From Bacteroidales bacterium Phil12 (GTDB lineage: Bacteria; Bacteroidota; Bacteroidia; Bacteroidales; P3): a DNA stretch of 64,000 bases. The notes below the pieces were generated by a model, which saw nothing but the letters and a program-made list of their open reading frames with translations, was not told where the DNA came from and did not search any database. Of the stretch, positions 26,170 through 36,558 are shown in pieces (within the stretch, counting starts at the first letter, position 1; each line of letters starts with the position of its first letter). The DNA lies in the NCBI GenBank assembly GCA_002633275.1, contig NWBO01000165.1, positions 11,015 through 75,014 on the forward strand, given 5' to 3'. The translations under genes were made by a program, and so were the position numbers.

Positions 26170-26218
26170 AAAATTACAACTGATTTCTCCAAATTTCAGA
26201 GAAGTCATATCTTTTTTT

Positions 26219-26262
26219 ATCATAAAAATCTTGGCTTTTCATCACAAAAAGTTTTGGCTTTC
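26219..26262. repeat. Two tandem 22-bp units ATCATAAAAATCTTGGCTTTTC / ATCACAAAAAGTTTTGGCTTTC
   Basis: Direct inspection; adjacent to the composite element. Confidence 0.6.
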
Positions 26263-26353
26263 CATTGTCTCTTGCTCTGTCTTAATTTTCGTCGAACTCA
26301 GGTTAATTTACTAAGGTCTAGTAATAAAAATTTCAATTTTTTATAATAAAAAC

Positions 26354-27487
26354 TTATTTTTTGTTCTTACTAATCAACACTTCGGTCGCACCCACGCCGT
26401 ATTTTCGCATTGAAGCAGGGAAGAAATGCAAGAAAGAATAACGGTTCAACTCTTCTTCAATATTGTGTTTCAACACGCCCTGCCCTACTCCGTGTATAAA
26501 AACAATCTTATCTAAGTTCATCTCTATCGCTTTGTCCAAACACTTACGAAAATAATCCAATTGAATGTTTAACATATCGGCTGCCGAAAGATTGGCATCG
26601 CTATCGGTAAGTTCTTCGATGTGTAAATCCACTTCGGCTTCGCCTTTGGCAACTATATGTTTGTCGAAAAAAGATGTAGGTTTGGCTTGCTGAACCTTGA
26701 CAACAACGCTCTCGGCTTGCATATCTTGAAGTCTCTTGGCTTGCGCTTGTATCTGTGCCGATGTTTTCTCATACTGTGCCGCAATATCGTGGGTAGAAAG
26801 ACTAACAATAGGAACTATCAACGCTTTTTCAACGAACAAACCGCTTTGTTCAAAGCAACCTTCTTTGAAAAATTTCGACGTGCGTATCTTTATCTCGTAA
26901 TTGGCAGGCATAAGCACAGTCTTGGAAGCGTCTTTATGAAACAATAATTGTATAACTCCCGATGTCCATTTCTCCAACTCTTTATCCTCTATCGTTGCCA
27001 AAAGCAAACGCGATTTTTCCTCAACGCTGCCGTAATCTTCTCCCTTGAAACAATTGTTTTGCTCATCTTTAAGGAATAGGGAATAAAGAAGAGTGTAATC
27101 GGAGTTATTGACTAAATACACAAAGTACTCTCCCGACATCATCCATTTCTGATCGCAAGGCACAAAGGCAAGATAAACGCCTTTGTCTTTCTCTTGTCCT
27201 TTGCGGGAAAGGTAGAGGCGTTCCATACGGGTGTCGTCGTAAGTATCGAAAGACACATCATCGTTTTCGTCATAGACTGCCGAAAGATTGTTGTCTTCGG
27301 GCTTTGAGCAAAACATCTTGCCAGCCTTGTCTTCGACAAAATCCAACACAATCTCTTTTGTAAGGGTGGGGATTTCAAAGCCATCGACTTCAACATTAAC
27401 CAAACTCGGCGAAACAATCTTGGTGATAACGCCGCCGCCTTCGGCGTCAAGAAATTTAACTCTATCCCCTACTTTGAAAGTTCTCAT
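26354..27487 (-). CDS. Smr (MutS2 C-terminal-like) domain protein
   Basis: C-terminal EVDLHIEELTD..QLDYFRKCLDKAIEMNLDKIVFIHGVGQGVLKHNIEEEL is an Smr-domain pattern. Confidence 0.75.
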   Translation of the reverse strand: MRTFKVGDRVKFLDAEGGGVITKIVSPSLVNVEVDGFEIPTLTKEIVLDFVEDKAGKMFCSKPEDNNLSAVYDENDDVSFDTYDDTRMERLYLSRKGQEKDKGVYLAFVPCDQKWMMSGEYFVYLVNNSDYTLLYSLFLKDEQNNCFKGEDYGSVEEKSRLLLATIEDKELEKWTSGVIQLLFHKDASKTVLMPANYEIKIRTSKFFKEGCFEQSGLFVEKALIVPIVSLSTHDIAAQYEKTSAQIQAQAKRLQDMQAESVVVKVQQAKPTSFFDKHIVAKGEAEVDLHIEELTDSDANLSAADMLNIQLDYFRKCLDKAIEMNLDKIVFIHGVGQGVLKHNIEEELNRYSFLHFFPASMRKYGVGATEVLISKNKK

Positions 27488-27494
27488 ATCTATG

Positions 27495-28853
27495 TTATTT
27501 TATCAATTTATCTGCTAATAAGTTTAAATTTAAGCCATCGAAATTGCCACTTGAAGACATAAGCAAACAAGTGTTGTCGTAATGTTCGTTAGTTAAAATA
27601 TTCAACAATTCGTCTATATCGTTTGTTACAATCAAACCCTCTTTACCGAAAGCCTTATAAACATCGTCTTTGTTCAAATCGGGCAGACGTTTCAAGGCAA
27701 GGGCGTGAGGATTGTAATAGACAACAGCCTTATCGCTCAAATCCATAGTTCCTTTGTACTGTTTAAGGAAGTCTTGTGTCAAGGAAGAATAAGTGTGTAA
27801 CTCCATAACGGTGATAAGTCTTCGTGAAGGGTATTGTTGTTTGACTGCCGAGATAGTGGCTTTGAGTTTGGAAGGAGAGTGAGCAAAGTCCTTAAACATT
27901 ATTGCTTCGGGAGTCTTCTTTATTGTCTCCAATCTTTTTGATGCGCCCTCAAAGGACTGCATAGAAGTTAGAAATATATCATTTGAAATACCCGCTTTTT
28001 GACATGCAACCATCGCTGCGTGCATATTTAACAGGTTATGGTCACCGAAGATTTGCAGACGGTATTCTTTGTTGTTGTGATAAACGTAAGTTACTTCGTC
28101 TTTAACCTTGTGGCTAAGCACATCGTAAGGCAGTTTTTCTATATCAGAGCGGGAGGATTGGGCTACGTCGCACACGTTCTTGTCTTCGCTGCAATAGATA
28201 AGCGTTCCGCCATGCGAGATTTTGTCTGCAAAGATTGAGAATTGCTCTTTATACTTTTCAAACGTAGGAAAGACATTGACGTGATCCCACTCTATGCCTG
28301 TGATTATGGCGATATTTGGCATATAAAGATGAAACTTCGGTCGCAAATCTATCGGGGAAGTAAGGTATTCATCGCCCTCTAAAACCATAAACTTGGCTTC
28401 ATCGCTCATCTTTACCATTACGTCAAAACCTTTAAGTAAAGCCCCAACCATATAATCCGTTTCGATACCTGCAAACTTAAAGGCGTGGAGTATCATTGCT
28501 GTCGTAGTAGTTTTTCCGTGTGAGCCGCCAACGACTATACGTGTCTTATCTTTGGACATTTGATAAAGAAATTCGGGATAAGAATAAATCTTTAAGCCCA
28601 ATTCCTTTGCTTTAAGCAATTCGGGGTTGTCTGCCTTGGCATGCATTCCGAGTATAACGCAATCCAAGTCGGAAGTAATACGTTCTATATGCCAACCAAG
28701 AGTGTCGGGTAATATGCTATATTGTTCCAAACGCTCCTTGGCAGGAGAGAAAATCTCATCATCAGAACCTGTTACTTCGTATCCTTTTTTCTTTAATGCA
28801 ATCGCCAAATTGTGCATCGCACTTCCCGCGATTGCTATAAAATGTACTTTCAT
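27495..28853 (-). CDS. mpl: UDP-N-acetylmuramate:L-alanyl-gamma-D-glutamyl-meso-DAP ligase (Mpl; Mur ligase family)
   Basis: MKVHFIAIAGSAMHNLAIAL..VTGSDD.., GGSHGKTTTTAM, EGDEY, DHVNVF, GDHNLLN, DFAHSPSK. Colinear with E. coli Mpl as remembered. Confidence 0.8.
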   Translation of the reverse strand: MKVHFIAIAGSAMHNLAIALKKKGYEVTGSDDEIFSPAKERLEQYSILPDTLGWHIERITSDLDCVILGMHAKADNPELLKAKELGLKIYSYPEFLYQMSKDKTRIVVGGSHGKTTTTAMILHAFKFAGIETDYMVGALLKGFDVMVKMSDEAKFMVLEGDEYLTSPIDLRPKFHLYMPNIAIITGIEWDHVNVFPTFEKYKEQFSIFADKISHGGTLIYCSEDKNVCDVAQSSRSDIEKLPYDVLSHKVKDEVTYVYHNNKEYRLQIFGDHNLLNMHAAMVACQKAGISNDIFLTSMQSFEGASKRLETIKKTPEAIMFKDFAHSPSKLKATISAVKQQYPSRRLITVMELHTYSSLTQDFLKQYKGTMDLSDKAVVYYNPHALALKRLPDLNKDDVYKAFGKEGLIVTNDIDELLNILTNEHYDNTCLLMSSSGNFDGLNLNLLADKLIK

Positions 28854-29061
28854 ATCAATGTTATGTATTATATTCTAAAACTCGCACTCAAACGTTTGGC
28901 AAAAGTAATATATTTTGAGCAAACAAAGTATATTTTTCTTTATATACAAACCACAGTTCGCTTATCTTAGAAAAGGAAAACAAAAGCACAAAAGAAAAAA
29001 CTCAAATCATTTGCTCCTTACCTTTATATAGTTGTATCAAATTCTTGTCGTGAATCGAGAA

Positions 29062-29142
29062 AATAATATTAGTGAGTAATAAAATAATGTGAGTAATTGG
29101 CAATTTAATGTGAGTGATTAATAAATTAATCACTCACATTAG
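29062..29142. repeat. 21-bp-period repeat array A (4 units; the last two are head-to-head and form a 36-bp palindrome at 29106-29141)
   Basis: ..TTAGTGAGTAAT.., ..TAATGTGAGTAAT.., TTAATGTGAGTGATTA, then TAATCACTCACATTA, followed by G+T6. It lies 58 nt downstream of the sprA stop. Confidence 0.8.
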
Positions 29143-29199
29143 TTTTTTCTCTGAACACAAAGGAATAATAAATAGTAAAAACAATCTAATTTCCTCTTA

Positions 29200-32100
29200 T
29201 TACAATATGACTTTGATTGAAAAGCCACCTTCTGTCGTGGAGTTAGGATAAGAAGAGGATATATATGGAGTATTGATAGTCATATCGAAAAAGGCTTTCA
29301 ATATTATCTTTTCCGTCAGTGAGTACTCGCCAGAAATATTCAACGTCGTAACCTTTGTTCCTGCTGATATTAGATTAACATCTTGGTCTATCTTTCTAAG
29401 AATTGTCTTGTTGCTGGTTATGGATAAATCGGCTTTCAAAAGAATATCGCTCTTAAATTCTCTCGAATTACCACCGCCCGTTCTCACTGTAACCCTTACG
29501 TCCTTGAAACGATAACCGCCACCGGCAACAATACTGTTTCGCTGAACTTCCGTTAATTGGTTGTTGGAGAATGATAGATTTAGGTTTCTCTCTTTTCGTA
29601 TCTCAAAATTCAATTGGAATGAGTTTTTCAAGTTAATATCAATCTTCAAAAGCGGAGATAACTGCTCTGCAATAGCAACTTGGTCTATGGACTGCTTTGG
29701 TACAAAATTGCTGTTTAATGTATTTCTCACCCACTCCGTTCCATAATCGTACGAAGAAACATCGGGTACGGAAGTATTGGTATAGAATGAAGTAATATTG
29801 TAGTTACATGTGTAGTTGGAAGATAATGTTATGGAGTTCGCCCATTTCTTCACCCATTCCAATTTACCAAGACCTGTCCAAGTAATCCGCCAATTAGGCA
29901 TAGGCATCTTTATGAATGGCGAAAGGCTTTGCGAAGAAGCGTCTTTGTTAAGATATGCCGCCAAAAAGGCCGGTAACAACACCTGCTGTGATGATGAGCC
30001 GTAGCCATCTGGCCAATACTGATTGGAAGCCGTATCCCAAACGTCCATTCCCGAATAATCACTGTTGGCAGCCATATTCTTATCCCTTAAACGATTTGCA
30101 ATAATGTGTCGATTGGACATAAATTTCTCGAAAGTTTCACTTACATTGTTCTTGTCGGTTTTGCTAAACAATGTTCCTATTGCCACAACACTTATAGAGA
30201 ATGTTCCGTTTCTGTATGCGGATAATGGTCCTTGTATTTCGTTATCAATATTGCTGAATTTATAATAAGCAGAATACTGCTCGGTCATCGTTCTTTTGAA
30301 ACTCAAATCAATATTAAAGTCCTTGGCAGGTTCAACTTTGATTTGGGCTGTTATGTTTTCCGAATGCTTTTGTACCAATGCGGAATTGAACATAGTATCT
30401 CTTGTCAGCCAACCATTGGCTATTGCATCAGGCATAATATCTTTTTGCGAGCCAAGTATAAATCCTACACCCGGAGCCCACTTGTCTCTATCCGACATTC
30501 CAAAAAATCTTGCGCGAGGCATAAAGCCCGGAATATATGTTCCGTCATTCAAAGAATATGTTATAGAGGCACTCTTGATAGATGTAAGCAACCTTATGGA
30601 GAAATACAACGCTTCTTTGAAATAGTTCTTTTTCTCAATGGTGTCTGTCGAATCTTTTACGGTGTCTTTCTTTAATTTGATGTTGTCTGCACCTTTAAGT
30701 TGTTTAGGTGCAAACTGAGGCAATTTTTTCTTATCCCTTGCATCGTAAGCCGTTTTGATAAACGGCACTTTATTATACAAAGTAGTGAATGTCATTCCGC
30801 CGGTTGCGTTCAAACGTCTTGAATTTTCAATAACATTACCCAACGATTCTGTTGCATTGGTTGAGCCTTGGAATGTATATTGAGCATTGTAACTACCATT
30901 CAAACGAACCCAGTTAAGTATTGGTATTTTGTTTATCGGCACATTGTAATTCAAACGAACATTCTGTGTGAATTGCATCGCCTTACCAAGTTCCATTATA
31001 CTCTGACGAACAGAATCGCGTTTCTCCTTAGTGTCTATTCTTCCGCGAGGCTCTTCTATCAAAGCGTTCATCGTAGCAGAATATTCCATACGTAAAGAAT
31101 TGGTTATATCGTACTTTACGCCGTATTCCCTATTCCAATAAAAATTCTTATAATAATATGGCTCCATTATCACCAATCCTGCACTTTTACTACGCATCAA
31201 TGTTTCTTGATAGTCGCGAAGCATATCACTCTTGAAGATTATGTTCTTTGGTATATAATTCAAAGTAAAATCTCTCAATATCGCCCATTGTTTTCCCTTA
31301 AATAGAGGTATTTTGCTGAATGGTTTAAGACCTTTTGTTTGAGAATCGTATTGATAATTCAACAGCAATCGGCTTTGAATTTGATTATTGTATTCTATAT
31401 CTGTCGTTCGACGGAAAATCTTGGAATAAGAATAAGACAAAGAGAAGTTCTCCACATCATAGAAATGACGTCGTAACGATGAAGTTCCCATACGCTCTTT
31501 TCTAAAATTCATAATAGAGAAATTTGTTATAGAGGTATAGTCTTGAACCATATGACGAATAGAATCTCTTTCCCTTTCCGTACGATAAGACAACAAATCG
31601 TCTTTCAATAATACATCAGGGTCTAACGGATTATATCTCGGATTGCTAACAGTTCTCGAATAATCGAAATGAAAAGGTATTCTCAGGCCAAAATTGCTCG
31701 GGAAGAATTTGCCAAACTCCAAATTAGTTGCAATATCAAACGAACCGACATTGTCTTGCGAAATAGTAGAAATCTTTTGTTCTATTGTACCAAAGCCGGC
31801 ACTTCTATACGAACCGCTCAAAGCCAAATCGCCCAAATCCGCTAAATTAGCACGCATCGAACCTCTTGCAGCCCAACCTGCTTTCTTATTAAAATCAGTA
31901 AGACGTAATTCATTAACCCAAAGTTCAACACTTTTAGGTAACATATCATCGTCATCGGCTGCGCTTTGCTTCTTAGGATTTCTAACGCCAATCATAAAGA
32001 CTTTTACTTCGGCGATGTTAGGATTTCCCAAAACGGTAATCTTTCTATTGCCTTTATATTCTGTATATAATGTATTATTAGAATAATCCATATTTCCCGA

Positions 32101-35100
32101 ACGAACAAAAGCGTTTCGTCTTTCCTTGACTTTTACAAGGGAATCCAATTGAATTTCTATTTCATTATCCGAAGGCCAAATAACATCTCTATCCAATGCA
32201 GAAGCATACCAAGGAGTAAATTTAATCGGCATTTCATATTCGTAATAATTGGAAACAAAGTCAGCCCCCAAACGAATGAATAACGAAACTTCTCCGTCCT
32301 TATATGAATCGTTTTCGTTTATCTTTTCGCCATGTACAAAAAGTTTTAGTTTTTTATACTGACGCATATCATATTCCATTGTCTTATAAACAGCACGAGC
32401 ATCACCATCGCCCAAATTGGCAACTTTCAAACTCATAGCCTGTTCGTTTTGTTGTGTTGCCGAAGTAGTAGAATACATAAGTTCTCTATCTATTCCAGGA
32501 GGTAAAACGTAAGGTACAGGAGAGCGTTTGCCATTCTCTTCAATATTTACCGTACCAACGGTAAAGGTGGTATTTTCATCATGTATGGACGGATTGTATG
32601 CACCATTTGAAAGCAAGTTATCATCGTATTTTCTCCACTCGGCACTAACCAATTCCAATGTAGCAAAACGAAGAATAACCGGCTGCTCAAATCCTCTTAA
32701 AAATGTACGCATAAAACGTATGGATTGATAACCATTTATCGTTCCCACCTTACGACTTGGTTCTCTTACCGGGATTCGGAATTGATACCATTTACAATCT
32801 GTTTTCTGTCCGTTTGATAATGTTATGTTTCTCGCTGTTTGAATATCTGTAATATAATTCTCTCCCACTATCATCTTATCGGGACGCAGTTCTATCTCAT
32901 ATTCATAATAGTTTTCGGCTTCACTCAATGTGTTGTCTTGGTTAATATCTTCCACGTTTGGCAAAGAAGAACTTTGAGTACTCTCGCCAGAATTGGTTAC
33001 AGCAGAATTGCCTTCCGGATTATTATAACGCTTGTAGCGATCAGTAACTTTAACATTCTGTCTATCGTAATCAGTGGAACGAAAATACGAATAATCATCG
33101 TTTGAAGGGTCGTTCAATATTTTCAAGAACTCTTCATCTCTTACTTGTCCCCTAACCTTATTAAGAAATGTCTCAAAGAAAGACTGCTCATCAGAAGAAT
33201 TTAATCCATCGTAACCAATATCTTGGTATTGGCGACTGTTGTCTTCGTTGCTAAACGCATTGACAACCGCTTGTAACTTCGGAACACGTCCCCACATAGT
33301 GGTATCAACATTGACAATCTCCGCCGATGTCGGAAGTCCGTTTTCGTATGATTTTCTGCCGTCCCTAAGAATATCTTCACTAATATCACCTAAATTAAAA
33401 TAAAGTCTGCCCCCCTCACTTTCATCATTATCAATAAAAGGATCCATAAGCCAAAACTCTATATATTCAATATTGGCAGCATCAAAGTCGGTAGCATCTA
33501 TTTTACGCATTATACCTCCCCAACGACTTTGCGGATTATTCAATTTACCTTCTTCGCTCAAACCCGCACTCCACATCGAAAGCGTATCATAATTATAAGG
33601 TCCTCTTTCTTCTGGATAAAAAGCAATATCAAACGTATGCAAATCCGTAGGATTGCCTTCGATAATATCTTTATTCGGATAAATCTCGCTTTGTCTTACC
33701 AAACGGGCATAAGGTTTGGAAATATCGTCTTTGGTTATATTGGACGGAGCGGCTCCATTGTAAAAGTTATCGTCAATAACATACCAGGCAATCTTTGCTC
33801 TATTGAAACCGTATGCAAGTCCCGAATTTTTGAATGTTTCAGGGAACATAGAGTTTGCGGTATTGAAATCCTGTGGCGTAGAAGCCAAACACCAAGAATA
33901 AGGAGATTTCAAATCATAAGAGCGTTTAGATGTTTCAAAGTCGTCAATATATGCTATACCTTGTCTGCCTATAGCCGAAGAATTTCCAGGTAAGAATACT
34001 GCCATTTCGCCTTCAAAAACCAATGTGCTTTGTGCTTTGGTATCATAGAAAGGCAACCAGTTCAAAAGTTTGGTAATAAATGGAATGGAACGTGTTAAAT
34101 GTACATCAAAGCCTGCCAATGTGTTATTGATAGGTTCTTCTCCGTAATTTACTTTTGTTGTCAATGGACTTTCGTGCAAATTCATTATCGTTGCACCTAT
34201 TGACAACTCCGGCGAAACGGTATATGTTCCTCTAACACCCATCATTCTCTTTGTAACCATTGAAAACGTTGTATTGCTTTCGGTTGAGACCGTGATTGGC
34301 GTTCCCGAAGAAAGATAAGCGGAGTTGATTATCCTTACACGTCCCATTGCATAATCCACCGTGTAATCCACACCCTCTTGCAGCTTGATACCTCCCGCCA
34401 TAACGGACACACTGCCCTGCGGCACATTCACTGCTCCCAACGAAATCTCTCCACCCGTTGAAGAAGAGCGGTAACGTCCCTCCAAATAGAATTTATCTTT
34501 CTGTGTGTATTGCATTGCTTGGGATTTGGTCAAGGTATATAAGGAATCAAAGCAATATTTATCCGCCAAATCATCATCATTTAATTTCTCTCGCAAATCC
34601 TTACCGAATGGCTCAACGGTTGGAAAATAAATCAATCCTCGTGAAGCATTAACCGTACCTGCACCAATCTCTGCACCGGTTACAAAATCAAAAACTCCGT
34701 CGGGATACATATTTTGTTGGTTATCCATTCTGTCCAATCCGAATACTTGCAACAACGGAACACCTTTATAATCTCCTTCCGTAAAATATCCGGTTTGAAC
34801 ACCGGTCTCATCACTCAAATACAAAATATTTAATCTAAAATCCTCTTGTGCTATCTGTGAAGAACCTATCCAATAAACATTTTTCATCATAAGTTTCCAC
34901 ATAGGATTTTTGGTATTCAAGGTTGAAGACTTCAATAATTTAACGACCAAAGTATTTGGATCTGCCACACCGTCATCACTAAACTCCCCGACTTGATACA
35001 CCGTCGTGTCGCCCACTATTTGATATTGAAAAGCCACAGCCAAAACCTGATCATTACTCAATCCTTGATTTAACGATATGAAACCAAGTTTTTCATTGAC

Positions 35101-36552
35101 TGTATATTCGCTTGGATTTAATCGTCTTGCACTTTCAACCTTTTCAAAATTCTGCCCCGACACAAAGCCCATACCTTGTAAATATGAACTTACACTGTTT
35201 ATACTTCTTAAAGAATTTTTATCAACAACATTAAACAAATTATTGGATAGATAATTGTCGGGTAATTCGCTACCTTCTATATTCGTTATATATGGAGTTG
35301 TACCGTAGGGTTTATTTTCTCCCAAATCGGCAAAAGCAATTATATTTCTGTTGTTATTGACTGCACTACCAACGTTAGTTCTCCATACTTCAACTTTGGT
35401 GATTATTATATTGGTGTTTAACACCGGAAACGTAGAAAGTGCTTTATTGTAATTATCGTAAAAATACTGCGCCAAAAAGAAATGTTTGTTGTCCTCGTAT
35501 TCATCGGCCTTGAAATTAAATTCTTGACTTTGCGCTCCATTTTGAACAGTAATGGTACTGCTTTCACTCTTCTGTTGAGAAAAAACTGCATCCAACAACA
35601 AATTACCAAACTTGAATTTACCTCTTATTCCAAACAAATTTTGGACACCTGTAATCAATGTCGTAGGCAAAGAAAAAGAGACATTACCTGCTTCCAACAA
35701 CTGAACGATATCGTCTTCCTTGCCTTCGTATTTTAGTTTGAAAATCTCTTTTTCAAAATCGAATGTCGCACCTGTATTATAGTTTAAGTTGAAATTTATC
35801 GCCGTTCCAACCTGTGCTTGCACGTTCAATTGAATATCTTCATCGAAATCAAAAGATGTGGTACTTCTTCGGTTTTCGCTTAAAGCCATATTCTCGTTGC
35901 GATTATTGACAATAGCGAATTTCAAATCCAACGAACCGGACGGCACTATGCTTATTTCCTGACCTCCAAAAATGGTCTCAAACAAATCGCTATTAACCCT
36001 CATTGCAGGTATCAACGAACTCAATGAACCATCGGATTTTGAAGAAGTGGAACTCGTTGCAACTGATGATGATTTGGTTTTCCAATAAGACGAAATCATC
36101 TTGTCCATATCATAATTCTGATACTCCTCAAAGGTCAAAGCTCTTTGTTCCAATACAACGTCTCCGATTTTCTTAACCAAAACATATTCGTTCTTTGCTG
36201 CGTCATATTCGACAGTTTCGGTTATATTGTCAGGGTCTTTCAAATAAAAAGGCGATTCAACAGAATCTTTGACTGGAAAATGTAAGGAATCGGGATTTGT
36301 TAAATTAAAAAAACTCTGCGAAGGATTTACATTAATAAACAAAGGTTTTTCTTTACGAAAATCTATTTTCGCACCCTTATAACCAAAAGAATTTTTATTG
36401 AAATCAAATCCTAAAAGACCGTTGTTTGAATAAGTTTTGCTAAAATAAGTATCGAATGAATTATACAAAGAAAAATCTGCCCTAACCTTTAGAGTTAAAA
36501 CACAAAACAATAAAACTAACAGTGTTATTATCGATATTCTTTTCTTTGTCAT
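29200..36552 (-). CDS. sprA: T9SS translocon / gliding-motility protein SprA (Sov)
   Basis: Uninterrupted 2450-aa ORF with a signal peptide and beta-rich composition. Its size and sequence are typical of Bacteroidota SprA. All overlapping antisense ORFs are short. Confidence 0.9.
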   Translation of the reverse strand: MTKKRISIITLLVLLFCVLTLKVRADFSLYNSFDTYFSKTYSNNGLLGFDFNKNSFGYKGAKIDFRKEKPLFINVNPSQSFFNLTNPDSLHFPVKDSVESPFYLKDPDNITETVEYDAAKNEYVLVKKIGDVVLEQRALTFEEYQNYDMDKMISSYWKTKSSSVATSSTSSKSDGSLSSLIPAMRVNSDLFETIFGGQEISIVPSGSLDLKFAIVNNRNENMALSENRRSTTSFDFDEDIQLNVQAQVGTAINFNLNYNTGATFDFEKEIFKLKYEGKEDDIVQLLEAGNVSFSLPTTLITGVQNLFGIRGKFKFGNLLLDAVFSQQKSESSTITVQNGAQSQEFNFKADEYEDNKHFFLAQYFYDNYNKALSTFPVLNTNIIITKVEVWRTNVGSAVNNNRNIIAFADLGENKPYGTTPYITNIEGSELPDNYLSNNLFNVVDKNSLRSINSVSSYLQGMGFVSGQNFEKVESARRLNPSEYTVNEKLGFISLNQGLSNDQVLAVAFQYQIVGDTTVYQVGEFSDDGVADPNTLVVKLLKSSTLNTKNPMWKLMMKNVYWIGSSQIAQEDFRLNILYLSDETGVQTGYFTEGDYKGVPLLQVFGLDRMDNQQNMYPDGVFDFVTGAEIGAGTVNASRGLIYFPTVEPFGKDLREKLNDDDLADKYCFDSLYTLTKSQAMQYTQKDKFYLEGRYRSSSTGGEISLGAVNVPQGSVSVMAGGIKLQEGVDYTVDYAMGRVRIINSAYLSSGTPITVSTESNTTFSMVTKRMMGVRGTYTVSPELSIGATIMNLHESPLTTKVNYGEEPINNTLAGFDVHLTRSIPFITKLLNWLPFYDTKAQSTLVFEGEMAVFLPGNSSAIGRQGIAYIDDFETSKRSYDLKSPYSWCLASTPQDFNTANSMFPETFKNSGLAYGFNRAKIAWYVIDDNFYNGAAPSNITKDDISKPYARLVRQSEIYPNKDIIEGNPTDLHTFDIAFYPEERGPYNYDTLSMWSAGLSEEGKLNNPQSRWGGIMRKIDATDFDAANIEYIEFWLMDPFIDNDESEGGRLYFNLGDISEDILRDGRKSYENGLPTSAEIVNVDTTMWGRVPKLQAVVNAFSNEDNSRQYQDIGYDGLNSSDEQSFFETFLNKVRGQVRDEEFLKILNDPSNDDYSYFRSTDYDRQNVKVTDRYKRYNNPEGNSAVTNSGESTQSSSLPNVEDINQDNTLSEAENYYEYEIELRPDKMIVGENYITDIQTARNITLSNGQKTDCKWYQFRIPVREPSRKVGTINGYQSIRFMRTFLRGFEQPVILRFATLELVSAEWRKYDDNLLSNGAYNPSIHDENTTFTVGTVNIEENGKRSPVPYVLPPGIDRELMYSTTSATQQNEQAMSLKVANLGDGDARAVYKTMEYDMRQYKKLKLFVHGEKINENDSYKDGEVSLFIRLGADFVSNYYEYEMPIKFTPWYASALDRDVIWPSDNEIEIQLDSLVKVKERRNAFVRSGNMDYSNNTLYTEYKGNRKITVLGNPNIAEVKVFMIGVRNPKKQSAADDDDMLPKSVELWVNELRLTDFNKKAGWAARGSMRANLADLGDLALSGSYRSAGFGTIEQKISTISQDNVGSFDIATNLEFGKFFPSNFGLRIPFHFDYSRTVSNPRYNPLDPDVLLKDDLLSYRTERERDSIRHMVQDYTSITNFSIMNFRKERMGTSSLRRHFYDVENFSLSYSYSKIFRRTTDIEYNNQIQSRLLLNYQYDSQTKGLKPFSKIPLFKGKQWAILRDFTLNYIPKNIIFKSDMLRDYQETLMRSKSAGLVIMEPYYYKNFYWNREYGVKYDITNSLRMEYSATMNALIEEPRGRIDTKEKRDSVRQSIMELGKAMQFTQNVRLNYNVPINKIPILNWVRLNGSYNAQYTFQGSTNATESLGNVIENSRRLNATGGMTFTTLYNKVPFIKTAYDARDKKKLPQFAPKQLKGADNIKLKKDTVKDSTDTIEKKNYFKEALYFSIRLLTSIKSASITYSLNDGTYIPGFMPRARFFGMSDRDKWAPGVGFILGSQKDIMPDAIANGWLTRDTMFNSALVQKHSENITAQIKVEPAKDFNIDLSFKRTMTEQYSAYYKFSNIDNEIQGPLSAYRNGTFSISVVAIGTLFSKTDKNNVSETFEKFMSNRHIIANRLRDKNMAANSDYSGMDVWDTASNQYWPDGYGSSSQQVLLPAFLAAYLNKDASSQSLSPFIKMPMPNWRITWTGLGKLEWVKKWANSITLSSNYTCNYNITSFYTNTSVPDVSSYDYGTEWVRNTLNSNFVPKQSIDQVAIAEQLSPLLKIDINLKNSFQLNFEIRKERNLNLSFSNNQLTEVQRNSIVAGGGYRFKDVRVTVRTGGGNSREFKSDILLKADLSITSNKTILRKIDQDVNLISAGTKVTTLNISGEYSLTEKIILKAFFDMTINTPYISSSYPNSTTEGGFSIKVIL

Positions 36553-36558
36553 AAATAG

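Noticed and set aside
26073-26183. 36-aa ORF (MRTTQKSPFFTSKNHLFYPKKAPFLTSPKPTFQNYN) running through the 22-bp hairpin repeats
   Set aside because: A 22-bp period is not a multiple of 3, so the repeats are read in three different frames. There is no promoter box, and the sequence is better explained as structured non-coding DNA.
29106-29148. The palindrome plus T6 as the sprA terminator
   Set aside because: The T tract follows the hairpin only on the plus strand, whereas sprA is on the minus strand. It is kept as an unexplained structure instead.
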